From: Trichoplax adhaerens
Lineage: Eukaryota; Animalia; Placozoa
Length of the DNA: 64,000 bases
Direction of reading: 5' to 3'
Assembly: GCF_000150275.1 (NCBI RefSeq)
Contig: NW_002060957.1
Span: 918,445-982,444, forward strand
Position numbers and translations under genes: made by a program. Below, piece by piece: positions 49,400-61,145 of this stretch. Under the pieces are notes generated by a model. The model worked only from the letters and a program-made list of their open reading frames with translations. It did not search any database and was not told the DNA's origin. Positions within the stretch are counted from its first letter, which is position 1. Each line of letters starts with the position of its first letter.

Positions 49400-51295
49400 A
49401 CAGTCCATTTTGAGAGTCAAGTGCCAGAGCCCTATTCGAGGCGATTTAAGAGCGAATTCCACAGTACAAGAGGATAGCATGCACCGTTTTACTTGATAGA
49501 AATGGAATATTGATGGCATGCACGATTGCACTAGATTGAAATGGAATAATTGTGAACTGCAGGTTGAAATTTTTCAGCATGTGTCAACATGTCCATTGCA
49601 TGTGTACTATCCGTTTTGAGAGTCAAGTGCTAGAGCCCCATTAATAAATGCGTTTTGAGAGCAAATTCAATAGCACAAGAATTTCACTTGATCGAAATGG
49701 AGTTTTTGTAAACTGGAAGTTGAAACTGTTCAACATGTTTCAACATTTGCATTGGATGTGTATTATCTGTTTTGAGAGACAGGGGCTAGAGCCCTATTGG
49801 ATACCAAATGATAGCTAAATGATACCAAATATATCTCTAAATGATCTATTATAATCGTAAATTATATAATCTATAAATGTATCATTTGGTATCATGTAGA
49901 GAGCAGATTCAATAGCTCGAGAATTTCACTTGATCGAAATGGAGTATTTGTGAACTGCAAGTTGAAACTTTTTCAACATGTTTCAGCATGTGTTCTATCT
50001 GTTTTGAGAGTCAAGTGCTAGAGCCCCCACCCCCATTGGAGGCATTTCGAAAGCACAGGAGGATGGCATGCACCACTTCACTTGATCAAAATGGAGTATC
50101 TGTAAACTGCAAGTTGAAATTTTTTTAATATGTCTCAACATTTGCATTGCATGTGTACTATCTGTTTTGGAAGTCAAGTGCTAGAGTCCCATTAGAGGCA
50201 ATTTGAGAACAAATGTGTACTATCTGTTTTGAGAGCCAAGTACTAGAGCCCCATTGGAGGCAATTGGAGAGCAAATTCGACAGCACAAGAGGATGGCATG
50301 CACCACTTCACCTGACCGAAATGGAGTATTTGTGAGCTGCAAGTTGAAACTTTTCAACATGTTTCAACATTTGCATTGCATGCGTACTATCTGTTTTGAG
50401 AGTCAAGTACTAGAGCCCCATTGGAGAGCAAATTGGACAACACAAGAGGATGGCAAGCGCCATTTCACTTGATTGAAATGGAGTATTTGTAAACTGCAAG
50501 TTGAAACTTTTCAACATGTTTCAACATTTGCATTGCATGCGTACTATCAGTTTGAGAGTCAAGTACTAGAGCCCCATTAGAGGCAATTGGAGAGCAAATT
50601 GGACAGCACAAGAGGATGGCAAGCGCCATTTCACTTGATCGAAATGGAGTATTTGTAAACTGCAAGTTGAAACTTTTCAACATTTGCATTGCATGCGTAC
50701 TATCAGTTTGAGAGTCAAGTACTAGAGCCCCATTAGAGGCAATTGGAGAGCAAACTGGACAGCACAAGAGGATGGCAAGCGCCATTTCACTTGATTGAAA
50801 TGGAGTATTTGTAAACTGCAAGTTGAAACTTTTCAACATTTGCATTGCATGCGTACTATCAGTTTGAGAGTCAAGTACTAGAGCCCCATTAGAGGCAATT
50901 GGAGAGCAAATTGGACAGCACAAGAGGATGGCAAGCGCCATTTCACTTGATCGAAATGGAGTATTTGTAAACTGCAAGTTGAAACTTTTCAACATTTGCA
51001 TTGCATGCGTACTATCAGTTTGAGAGTCAAGTACTAGAGCCCCATCAGAGGCAATTGGAGAGCAAATTGGACAGCACAAGAGGATGGCAAGCGCCATTTC
51101 ACTTGATTGAAATGGAGTATTTGTAAACTGCAAGTTGAAACTTTTCAACATGTTTCAACATTTGCATTGCATGCGTACTATCAGTTTTGAGAGCCAAGTA
51201 CTAGAGCCCCATTAGAGGCAATTGGAGAGCAAATTCGACAGCACAAGAGGATGGCAAGCGCCATTTCACTTGATCGAAATGGAGTATTTGTGAAA
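49400..51295. repeat. Satellite array B, 156-167 bp unit, ~11-12 copies
   Basis: The unit gagagtcaagtactagagccccattagaggcaattggagagcaaattggacagcacaagaggatggcaagcgccatttcacttgatcgaaatggagtatttgtaaactgcaagttgaaacttttcaacatttgcattgcatgcgtactatcagttt has near-identical copies spaced 156 bp apart at 50.57-51.04 kb. Copies to the left are degenerate. Confidence 0.95.
49800..49893. other. 94-bp AT-rich insertion bounded by 14-bp inverted repeats inside satellite B
   Basis: gataccaaatgata ... tatcatttggtatc interrupts one unit between gagccctattg and gagagcagattc. Confidence 0.7.
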
Positions 51296-51347
51296 GTGGA
51301 AGTTGCAATTTTTGAAAGCGAGTGAAAGTGGAGAGAACAGCGTCAAA

Positions 51348-51451
51348 TGACGTCAGCGTGAGACATGCGCTGTTGTGGCTTTCATCACTTGCATGACGTA
51401 TCTGTAGAGTGTAGAGTGTAGAGTGTACAGTGTAGAGTGTACAGTGTAGAG
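51348..51451 (+). promoter_or_regulatory. Probable promoter of the hAT-derived gene: CRE palindrome TGACGTCA plus (TGTAGAG/TGTACAG)x7
   Basis: TGACGTCA is at 51348-51355, a half site TGACGT at 51394, and the heptamer array at 51403-51451. Candidate 5'-UTR donors gcag|gttgga (~51498) and aaag|gtaaga (~51992) and acceptor ttttttag (~52118) follow. Confidence 0.5.
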
Positions 51452-52384
51452 CACTCTGGCCACCTTCAGTCAGTATTGTTTTTGGCTCCTTTCTGCAGGT
51501 TGGATAGTACTGTAGATTTCATTGGTTTTGACTGAGGGCAGAATCGCGCGCACGACACTAACTCAACTTGCAATGGCAACGAGTCGAATTGGAGTAGACC
51601 CACTCAAACCACCCGCTACACCATAGAATTGGAGAGAGTGGAGTAGCGATGCGTAGATTTGCCCAAGGCCATGATGGTGCGCATGCGTGGCAGTGGAAGG
51701 CAAAGAGTCTTTTTGCAGCGCGGTTTTTGTTCAACGAAAAGGGGACAAAATCTGCTGTGGAAAGTCTGTGCAAAAGAGAAACAAGTCTCTATCGGTGAAT
51801 AACTGCTGTCAAAATCAGCATTTAAACATTTTTATTCAACTGAAATAGAAGCATTTTGACAGTGTATTTTCATGTTGTAGGAAATATCGTGAGATTGTCC
51901 ACTTTTTGAAGTCGTTTTTGTTCAGCAAGACTTTGTTGTAACGTGGAGTTTCAACGATATCCAAGTACAGCGGTTGGGCTAGCACATTCAAAGGTAAGAA
52001 ATGGCCTTTGAAAAAAGGCCATTTGTCCAAGTTAATCATGTTGATAGTAGTTTTAAAGGATCAGCTATCATGGAAAAGGAGTGACAAAGAGTCAATTGAT
52101 GGATGTTTCTTTTTTTAGCTTGAGTGGTATCGAGTTGTGTAAGCCATCAAAGGAGTGGATTTTCAAGTCCAATCATTGCCATCCACGTCTCCTTCCTTGC
52201 CTACCATCAATAATACTACGGTATATAGTAAATGTCACTTTTCCATATTGCGCGTGATCTTGAGACTCAAAAGTGTGCAACAGCAGCCAACCACTTCTTA
52301 TCATCTCAACGTAGTAGGTGAGGATTATTGCATCAAGTCATCATTGGCTAAGTTACATCTTGAAGGGAAAGAAGGAAGGGAACA

Positions 52385-54871
52385 ATGTCCAGCCACTTTG
52401 ACTTGTGGGCACACTTTCGCCTGGTTGGTATGTCTGCAAGTGGTAAAACGCATCAATACACTTGCGCCTACTGTGGTCGAAAGTATTCAAGGAATACCAC
52501 TCGTATGGCTGATCATTTGAAAGATTGTAGCTTAACACCGGAAGATGTTAAAACTACCCTATTGAATAGTGTCAACGAAGAAAATGGTGACTCGCCTGAC
52601 AATACGCCGGTAGCTACACCAAATGCCAACAAGCGTAAACGACCTTCAGGTAGCAGGTATCGATTAGTTCGCCATACATCCAAAAGAGAATTTAGAGAAA
52701 CTGAAAGAATTATTGCACGAGCATTTTATGCCACTGCTACGCCATTTAACTGCATTGAAAATAAGCACTGGCAAGTGATGTTAAGTCGATTTTGTCAAGG
52801 ATATGAAACGTTAACCAAAGGTCATTTATCCGGTGTCTTGTTAGACACGGAATACACGCAAGTTCGAGCTAAAATCAATGAAATATTAGATGAAACTCAT
52901 CGGATTACATTGCTAACCGACATTGTTATAGCTGATCACAGCGAAGTCTATATTAACTTTATAGCATCGACTCCAAAGCCGATCTTTTTAAAGTCTGTAT
53001 CGATCCATGCAGGTAGGACGAATTTTGCTCATTCCATATTTATTTGACTTTGACGTTTATGAATGATTATGTAATCAGTCACGCTCACCTTCAACCCAAA
53101 TTGAAACTATCGAAATGCCTACCATCGATAGCGGGCGGATATCATCATCAATCATTGAAATGATTGATCCCCCTTAGCTAGAGATTAGGATCATTTTCTT
53201 ATCGAATTGTGTGTATGATTCATTGCTGATGAGTTAACGCTCATTGGATAAACCAATTGTTACGATTATAGCCTGTTTACAAATAGGCTAGTGGCATGAT
53301 GTATTAGTTCACCATCAAAACGTTTACAGTATGTATACCTCTTACCTTCGACTAACTTTACTTGACCTTTGCAGTGATGGCTATAACCGTAGATAGAGTA
53401 TCATCTCTATATACTGTACATATCAACATGTGTGTTTGCAATGTAGGAGTGTTGTCCTCTTCAGTTTACCAATTGTAACTGGAGGGTAGCTTGAAATGTA
53501 AGAGTGTTGTCATCTTCAGTTTACCAATTGTAACTCGAAGGTAGCTTGAAAATTCCAGCAAACTTGCAGTATCATTCAATTGATCCAACTCTCTCGTGAT
53601 GTGATGCCTCGCTTGTAGGCTGTTGTCTAGAGTGAAATATTGGATTGTGTCACGGTATGCATGGACTTTAATCGAATTTTTTGCATGTATTACTCGCAGG
53701 CAATGAAGCGCAAATGGCTGAAGGAATCGCCTTTCAAATCAGAGAGATTTTCAAGGAAATTGACTATCAAAAAGTGATTTCTATCGTTACCAACGACTCG
53801 AAAACAGCAAGACCGGTTCAAAATTTGCTGACTGGCGAGTACCCTCATTTAAATTTTTATTGTTGTTGTAGCCACATTATCAATCTGTTACTATCGGATA
53901 CCCTGGAAGTAGACTGGAGTAAAGATTTATTATGTAAATGTATCGACATAGTCAACTACTTTAACCGGAATGCCTTAGCGTTAGCGACATTGCAAAATTG
54001 TCAGCAAGAAAAATATCAACGAGTTATTCCTTTGGTAATGCCGGTACTGGATGATTACGAAACTATAAAGCTATGTTACACCTGTCTGCTAAATAGCAAG
54101 TCAGCGTTGCATAGTGCTGTCACTGAAGCTGGCTTTGTTGATACGCATATCTGTAATTTGATAATGTCGGAAGATTTTTGGATGAATTTGAAAATATACT
54201 CTGATTTTATGGATCCAATGATCGAAACAGCTGTCAGTTTTGAAACAACTCAGCCAGCATTATCTGCAGTATTTGATAAATTTCATAGCATCTCTCAACA
54301 TATTAACAACTGCAACTTGCCTATCAAGACTTCCATTGCCACATTTTTCAACCAAAAATGGCAATTGATTATCAATCCAATGATGCTGTTAGCTTACCAG
54401 TTAGATCCGAAATATCGTGGTGAGCATTTATTATGTGAACATAATGCTAAAGTGATTTTTATGGTGTCCACTATGGCTGGTCCCAACTCTTCGGCTGCTT
54501 TGAGTGAATTAGCCTGTTTTAGAAGTCAACAAGACAAATCGGTATTTAGTCAATCCAGCGTATGGGATTGCGCATCTGGTGTTGATGCATCCTCTTGGTG
54601 GGAATTGATCAAGCCAAGTTGCCCTAATCTTGCTACTATTGCCAATGTTGCTTTATCGCAGCCGGCCAGTGTAAGTGCTTGTAAACCGAAATGGTTATCA
54701 TCTTTACTAATACAAGAGCAACGCACTAAATACGACGTGGAGACTGTTGATAAAATGATCTTTCTCCACTGGAATTTAAATATGTTGGAAGATAAAGATT
54801 TGAATGATGTCACAGCAGAAGTCAAATCTATTGATGATAGTAGAACAATCGAAGACGACGAAGAAAATTAA
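52385..54871 (+). CDS. BED zinc-finger / hAT-transposase-derived protein (ZBED-like, 599 aa; exons 52385-53012 and 53700-54871), likely domesticated
   Basis: The BED finger reads LWAHF...YTCAYCGRKYSRNTTRMADHLKDC. Also present are an NLS-like KRKRP, a hAT/DUF659-like IIARAFYATATPFNCIENKHW, a CxxH motif CCSHIINLLL, LAYQLDPKYRG, and a hATC dimerisation region SWWE...PNLATIANVALSQPAS...VDKMIFLHWNL. The intron g|gtagga...cgcag|gc is phase 1 on both sides and the CDS is 1800 nt. Confidence 0.88.
53440..53551. repeat. 55-bp tandem duplication in the intron of the hAT-derived gene
   Basis: aatgta(g/a)gagtgttgtc(c/a)tcttcagtttaccaattgtaact..gtagcttgaaa occurs twice. Confidence 0.9.
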
Positions 54872-56604
54872 GCACCACTGTTATGTTGAAAAGGAAAAAA
54901 TATCATTTTTTAGTTTCTGTTCTTACTGTATTTAATTTAATGGAATTGCTACTTTCTATGCTAATTCAACCACCCAAGACGAGCTATACTAAGTACTCAA
55001 GCAGATGAACGATTGTAGAAACACCTAATTGATCGCGCTATTCCTGTAACTTACAGTTGTTGTAGATATAAATCTGTAGGTAGTACAAATTATTGGGCTG
55101 CAATTATGATACATGTGTTGAGTTTTGCGACTGAGGGTATCTGCAGTTTGTCCTGATTGTGGAGTTGGTTTTCATAGGTTTAGGAGAATGTTTTTACTGG
55201 TTTCATCGGAATAAACGGCCTCGTCACTCCAGGTTACGTTACTTTAGGTGTCATTTTGTTATCGAGTTAACATTGATGTACAGAACGGAACAACCATTGC
55301 AAAAAATTTCTTTTTGATTTTTTCAACTTGTTAATTGATCACTCTTGGATAGCCGTTTGGTAACGGTTGTCTAAACACGCTTAGGCACTCATCTGTATTA
55401 TCCAATATTAGTTCCTTGTGACCAGTTTGATCGATTAAAAGGTTGACTTCACCTTTCATCTAATTTTTAGCAATCAATTTATAAGTAGCAATTCTCAAGG
55501 CGAATTAATGCACAACTACAAACAACGATTCATTGTTGTACTACTCTATTTGATAGACGAAAGGCCGTTCTAACTTAGGTTTGAGGCATTTCGTAACGCA
55601 ATATCGATGTACCAAGTTTAATACAATGAGTACTGCCAAGGTAGTACTATACTTATTACCTGAATAAATAAATCTATAATGTAGTAATTGTCATAGGATG
55701 GTGTAGAATATCATTTTATTCATGTATAACCACTATGATGTTATGTATGTCATTCTATCAATAAACGTTTAAAAGGAGATATTAACTGAGGTTGCTTCTC
55801 CATGGTCATTTTTAGTGAGTAGCTCTTGGCAAGTGATGAATTCGTAGAGTACGATGAAATAGAGTATGGTTATGATGAGGAGAGATGGAGTACCGTCAAC
55901 GTCCATCAACCGTTTTATCAATGTTGAGCAAGTATAGAAATGGAATAGACGTTGTATATGCACTATTGATGAACATCCTTTGAATGATACCTGAAGAAAT
56001 GAGGGGACCCTACCTTATGCATGTCAAACATAATTTTAGCAATTGATTATTAATGGACATTTTTATTTGTTGCGTTCGTCTACTTTAGTGTACATCAATG
56101 AGTGGGTATTTCAATTTCTTGGCAGAAAAGTCGACCGCTTTATTTTGCCTTTCAATGACGACGTTGTCCATTTCCGTCTTCGCTACAACAACTTGAATAA
56201 GAATTCAGAATGATGTGCTAATTGCTGCATCTGCACGCACTCTTATCCCCCCGATCATGCTGTGCTCGCTAGTCCGCTGCGAGCGATGATGTTGTTGGTC
56301 AATATTGTCCCATAAACAAGGATGATCTCCATGATGAATAAACAACAAGGCAATTCAATTGGATTTCATCCTTTGTGATAAATGCATTAAACGTGCTTTT
56401 ACTGCACGTCTACCCTATCATTACAGAACTGAAAAAATCACTAGGTATTACTGATCCTATCACTATGCCAATGGCCCATTCTCATCATGATTGCGCGTGC
56501 ATGTCTAGTCGAAATCGAGCTCAAATTGGCCATGCTAACTCGTCCATTCAATGTGATTTTGGGTTGGAGTACAGTAGTCATTTTGGATCATGGACTGTAC
56601 AGTA

Positions 56605-56770
56605 CAGTCTAAATTCGGCCTAAGGGCACAGTTGGTTATTCAAGGTTTTCATACAAGTTTTCACAGTACTCCTATGACAGTCTAAATTCGGCCTCAAGGC
56701 AGTTGGTTATTCAAGGTCTAGACTTGGTCATTCAAGGTTTTCATCCAGGCTTTGACAGTTCTCGTATGCA
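56605..56770. repeat. Degenerate ~73-bp tandem repeat
   Basis: cagtctaaattcggcct...cagttggttattcaaggt occurs twice, plus a partial third copy. Confidence 0.8.
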
Positions 56771-57254
56771 TTGGTGTGTCGAACAATGAATTTTCCTTTC
56801 CAATTTTTGCATGGCATCGTATATAATCAAGTTCTTATGACTATATGCTTCCACTGTTCTTCCATGGACAGTTTGTACATCATGCTATGAAGTAGAGTAG
56901 TCATTTTATCTTCATTTGAGTACTCTTTTTGCCCATTTTGGCAGTTTGGAAAGAAAATTCAACACATCAGACCCTCTACCTACTGCAATACTGTAGGAGG
57001 ACGCGAGGTGCTGACTGCTGAGTCATTCAATCCTATCGTCGTTGTACTGTACAAAAGGCGAGCACGGTCCATTGGTCACGTGTTGCGAGCCAGTTGTCCA
57101 CATGTCCAAACGTCCATGTACTGTACAGTACAATGAAAAGCAAAAGTAAAAATCAAGTACGGTGATCGTGACAGTCATGGATGGTCGGTCTCTAGTGCTT
57201 CTTGTTCAATTTTCAAATCGCCATCACAATTTGGACTGCTCTAGTACAGTAAGT

Positions 57255-57830
57255 AGATCAACCCCAACGATAAAGTATGTACCTATGTTGAGTAATTCCT
57301 AGCAAAATGATGCAAAGTACTGGCAACAAGAACAACTACTATACGCGTACAGTACACCATTGACTATACAGTACTGTAAACCTGCCGATAGAATAGGTTC
57401 CACTGGCGGCTCTATTTAAATAACTACGGTATAAAAGAAACGCCAATGAAGGAATAGATCAACGCAATGATAAAGTATGTTCTTACGTTGAGTAATTCCT
57501 AGTAAAATGATGCGGCAACAAGAACAACTACTATACGCGTACAGTACACCATTCACTATAAACCTGCCTGTAGAATAGGTTGCACTGACGGCTCCATTAA
57601 ATTAAATAAATAAATAACTACAGTACTGTACAAAAAAGAAACGCAAATGAAGGAATAGATCAACGCAATGATAAAGTATGTTCCTAGGTTGAGTAATTCC
57701 TAGCAAAATGATCCAAAGTACTGGCAACAACTACTATACGCGTACAGTACACCATTCACTATAAACCTGCCTATAGAATAGGTCACACTGGCAGCTCCAT
57801 TTAAATAACTACAGTACAAAAAGAAACGGC
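57255..57830. repeat. Three ~200-bp tandem repeats
   Basis: gataaagtatgt..gttgagtaattcctag..aaatgat...actatacgcgtacagtacaccatt...aaacctgcc..tagaataggt starts near 57269, 57469 and 57671. Confidence 0.92.
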
Positions 57831-58669
57831 ATGAAAGCAAGATCCATAGTCAGTGGTCAGGAATGAGAAGGATTGGTCATGAATGCACCTGTTGGTGGTC
57901 TGGACTACTGAACTAGGGATGCGCGGATAGCAGCAGTGGATCCGGTATTTGTAATTTGGTATTCCAGCCGATGTTAATGACGAAAGAGATTCTACTTGTG
58001 CATGAATTGAAAACTGCGCTATCTTACAACTAGAAAATGACGACTTGTCATGTTATCGTTATCAATGGATAGTTTATCCGCAATGGCAATCTGTCTGAAC
58101 TGTATTATTAATCGGAATGGCTATCTATGCCATAGTAAATCCTTTTAGTGCTTGGGTTCCAAATGAATTCATTGCCTATCTTTTATTTCAATCAAAGAAA
58201 GAGATCAAGCAAGAATTAATACCAAAAATGTTGTAGAGAAATGGACGCAAAGGAATAGCGTCAAGATACGCCTGAAAAGTAGGAAGGGAATTACTTCAAT
58301 TCAGCTCATTGATATAATATGAAAACAATTCAAATCTACTGGACGCCATTGTACAAAAAATGATGTTTGGAATCAAGTTGTATGCAGTACCACTACAACG
58401 AGTAATATCAGAGCGACACCAGCACAAGAATTTCAAAGTATCCTTTGCTGTACAGTGTACAGCAATGTTATTTTGCTATCAGATATTTGAGTAAAGGTAT
58501 CAATTCAATTCATGCCTCTCGATATCGGTATAAATCACTGTATTTGCACGTTCGTTTTAGTGCCAACTTTTCCCAGCTAAGGTATCGAAAGCGAAATGAC
58601 AGACACTGAATAGGATATCTGTTCGACGGGTATATCCATCTGCATACTCTACCAATATACATATCGCTA

Positions 58670-59590
58670 TCAAATTGAAATGAACAAAATTTTCATAGTT
58701 GCTGCACTCTACGCTGATGATTGGAAATGTTTCGACTATATAGTGTGTAGTACTGTACTTCAAATGGAAAAAAAATTTCATATTTGCTGCACTCTCTTCA
58801 CTGATGATAGGAAACATTTTGACCGTTGTTACGAAATAATATAGTTGTTATAGACATAGTATCGCTAAGATCGATCGTATTAAATAAGGCTGTTTATTAC
58901 AGTCTATTTCTGCAGTTGTTCTGTAAACGATGAAGTCCTAGATAGCATATCTAAGAAAATAAGTTGTTATCTTATTAAGAATAAGATAAGATTGTCGTTA
59001 ACGTTCATGGTATGTCCGTGTCTGTAATGTCTCTAAATATGAATAATGATGACGATTAAGTCCTAGATAGCATATCTAGGAAAATAAGTTGTTATCTTAT
59101 TATGAATAAGATAAGATTGTCGTTAACATTCATGGTATGTCCGTTATGCACATNNNNNNNNNNNNNNNNNNNNNNNNNNNNNNNNNNNNNNNNNNNNNNN
59201 NNNNNNNNNNNNNNNNNNNNNNNNNNNNNNNNNNNNNNNNNNNNNNNNNNNNNNNNNNNNNNNNNNNNNNNNNTCTATACTGTATAATGGCTCCTAATGT
59301 ATATTCAAGTTAGTTCGGTACTTAAGCTCTATTGGACTAGTGATTATTCAGTACTCAAGCCCTACTGGACTTTAGAATTATTGTTACGATAAACAAGAAA
59401 GTGGAACAACCGTATCGTGGACAGTAGACAGGACTGCAAATTGAAATGAAAAAATTTCATATTTGCTGCACTCTCTACGCTGATGATAGGAAACATTTTG
59501 ACCGTATCGTTCAGTACTGTACTGCGAATTGAAATGAAAAAATTTGCTGCACTTTCTACGCTGATGATAGGAAATATTTTGACCGTATAG
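58670..59590. repeat. Short repeat families flanking an assembly gap (N at 59154-59273)
   Basis: An ~88-bp unit aattgaaatgaaaaaatttcatatttgctgcactct..ctgatgataggaaacattttgaccgt occurs near 58672, 58762, 59438 and 59527. A ~124-bp duplication aagtcctagatagcatatct...catggtatgtccgt occurs at 58933 and 59058. Confidence 0.88.
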
Positions 59591-60232
59591 CGTTTTCAGC
59601 GATACTACATATGAGCAAAGACGTGACTAGTGAACTTTCAACAGATGAAGATAGGAACGTAAGTTAGAACTGCTTTACGACGGGTAACCAAGTAACGTGT
59701 AAAGAGTGTATGGCCAGGGACTACAGTACAACAAATCCTCCTTCTCTCCACCTCAAAATGATATTCATTCGTCAATACTGCTACCCTTTTCAATAATATA
59801 GGGGGCTTGCTCATCGTTGGCACGCCTGTGACTGTGAGAACTACCAAAGACTGCTGCAATAGTCACAGAGATTGAGAAAATCGTAACAGGGACTACTGCA
59901 ATCCAAGGAAAGAAAGCCGTAACAACTTGCAATCTGCAAATCATTGTAAAAGGAGATGACTATCCAGTTGTATAGCTGCTTAAGTGGTGGTATAAAATGG
60001 AGATTACTATTCTATTGTAGCACCAAGTGGAGATCATTTACTACACCAGTAGTAGTACTGTATCTTGACATTGTTACTGATAGAGAATATAATTCAGGAC
60101 GAATGATGATTCCTTGGCAAGGAAATACTGCGGCGATCGTAACTGCGAGACTAGCAGCACCCACCCACTGAGCTTGTTCAATCAACAAGCTCAATGTGGC
60201 CATCTCTGTTAAGGTCAAGTCGTCGTCGTCGT

Positions 60233-61145
60233 CATCCTAGTCGATCATGGATTGATTGATTTCTATATCGCTTGTCGACTTGAGTGCGATTGAGAATCGG
60301 CATTGATCCATTGGCAATGGATTGGATCATTTTTTGTCTCGCATCCTAGTCGATCATGGATTAATGGATTTCTATATCGCTTGTCGACTTGAGTGCGATT
60401 GAGAATCGGCATTGATCCATTGGCAATGGATTGGAAATTTTTTTGTCTCGCATCCTAGTCGATCATGGATTGATGGATTTCTATATCGCTTGTCGACTTG
60501 AGTGCGATTGAGTATCGGCATTGATCCATTGCCATTTTTTGTCTCGCATCCTAGTCGATCATGGATGGATTTCTATTTCGCTTGTCGACTTGAGTGTGAT
60601 TGAGAATCGGCATTGATCCATTGGCAATGGATTGGATCATTTGTTGTCTCGCATCCTAGTCGATCATGGATTGATGGATTTCTATATCGCTTGTCGACTT
60701 GAGTGCGATTGAGAATCGGCATTGATCCATTGGCAATGGATTGGAAATTTTTTTGTCTCGCATCCTAGTCGATCATGGATTGATGGATTTCTATATCGCT
60801 TGTCGACTTGAGTGCGATTGAGTATCGGCATTGATCCATTGCCATTTTTTGTCTCGCATCCTAGTCGATCATGGATGGATTTCTATTTCGCTTGTCGACT
60901 TGAGCGTGATTGAGAATCGGCATTGATCCATTGGCAATGGATTGGGTCATTTTTTGTCTCACATCCTAGTCGATCATGGATGGATTTCTATTTCGCTTGT
61001 CGACTTGAGTGTGATTGAGTATCCCAATGGATCAATGCCATTTTTTGTCTCGCATCCTAGTCGATCATGGATGGATGGATTTCTACAGTATATCGCTTGT
61101 TGACTTGAGTGCAATTGTATATCGGATTGGATCATTTTTTGTCTG
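60233..61145. repeat. Satellite array C, 91-109 bp units with a 310-bp higher-order trimer
   Basis: catcctagtcgatcatgga starts near 60233, 60342, 60451, 60547, 60652, 60761, 60857, 60962 and 61053, giving spacings of 109, 109, 96, 105, 109, 96, 105 and 91. Confidence 0.95.

Noticed and set aside
50465-51151. 228-aa minus-strand ORF of 52-aa repeats
   Set aside because: It is a by-product of the 156-bp (multiple of three) satellite unit. The frame breaks in the 166/167-bp and degenerate units.
51300-55700. Active autonomous hAT transposon
   Set aside because: No terminal inverted repeats or 8-bp TSD were found by eye, and the catalytic motifs are substituted.
59154-59273. Run of 120 N
   Set aside because: It is an assembly gap, not biology. 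Repeat counts next to it are unreliable.
58700-59590. CTGATGA in the 88-bp repeats as overlapping C/D snoRNA boxes
   Set aside because: There is no terminal stem, no identifiable rRNA antisense element and no host intron. Tandem duplication explains the recurrence.
46600-61145. CRISPR-like appearance of the repeat arrays
   Set aside because: The units are contiguous tandem copies without unique spacers, there are no cas genes, and the context is eukaryotic.
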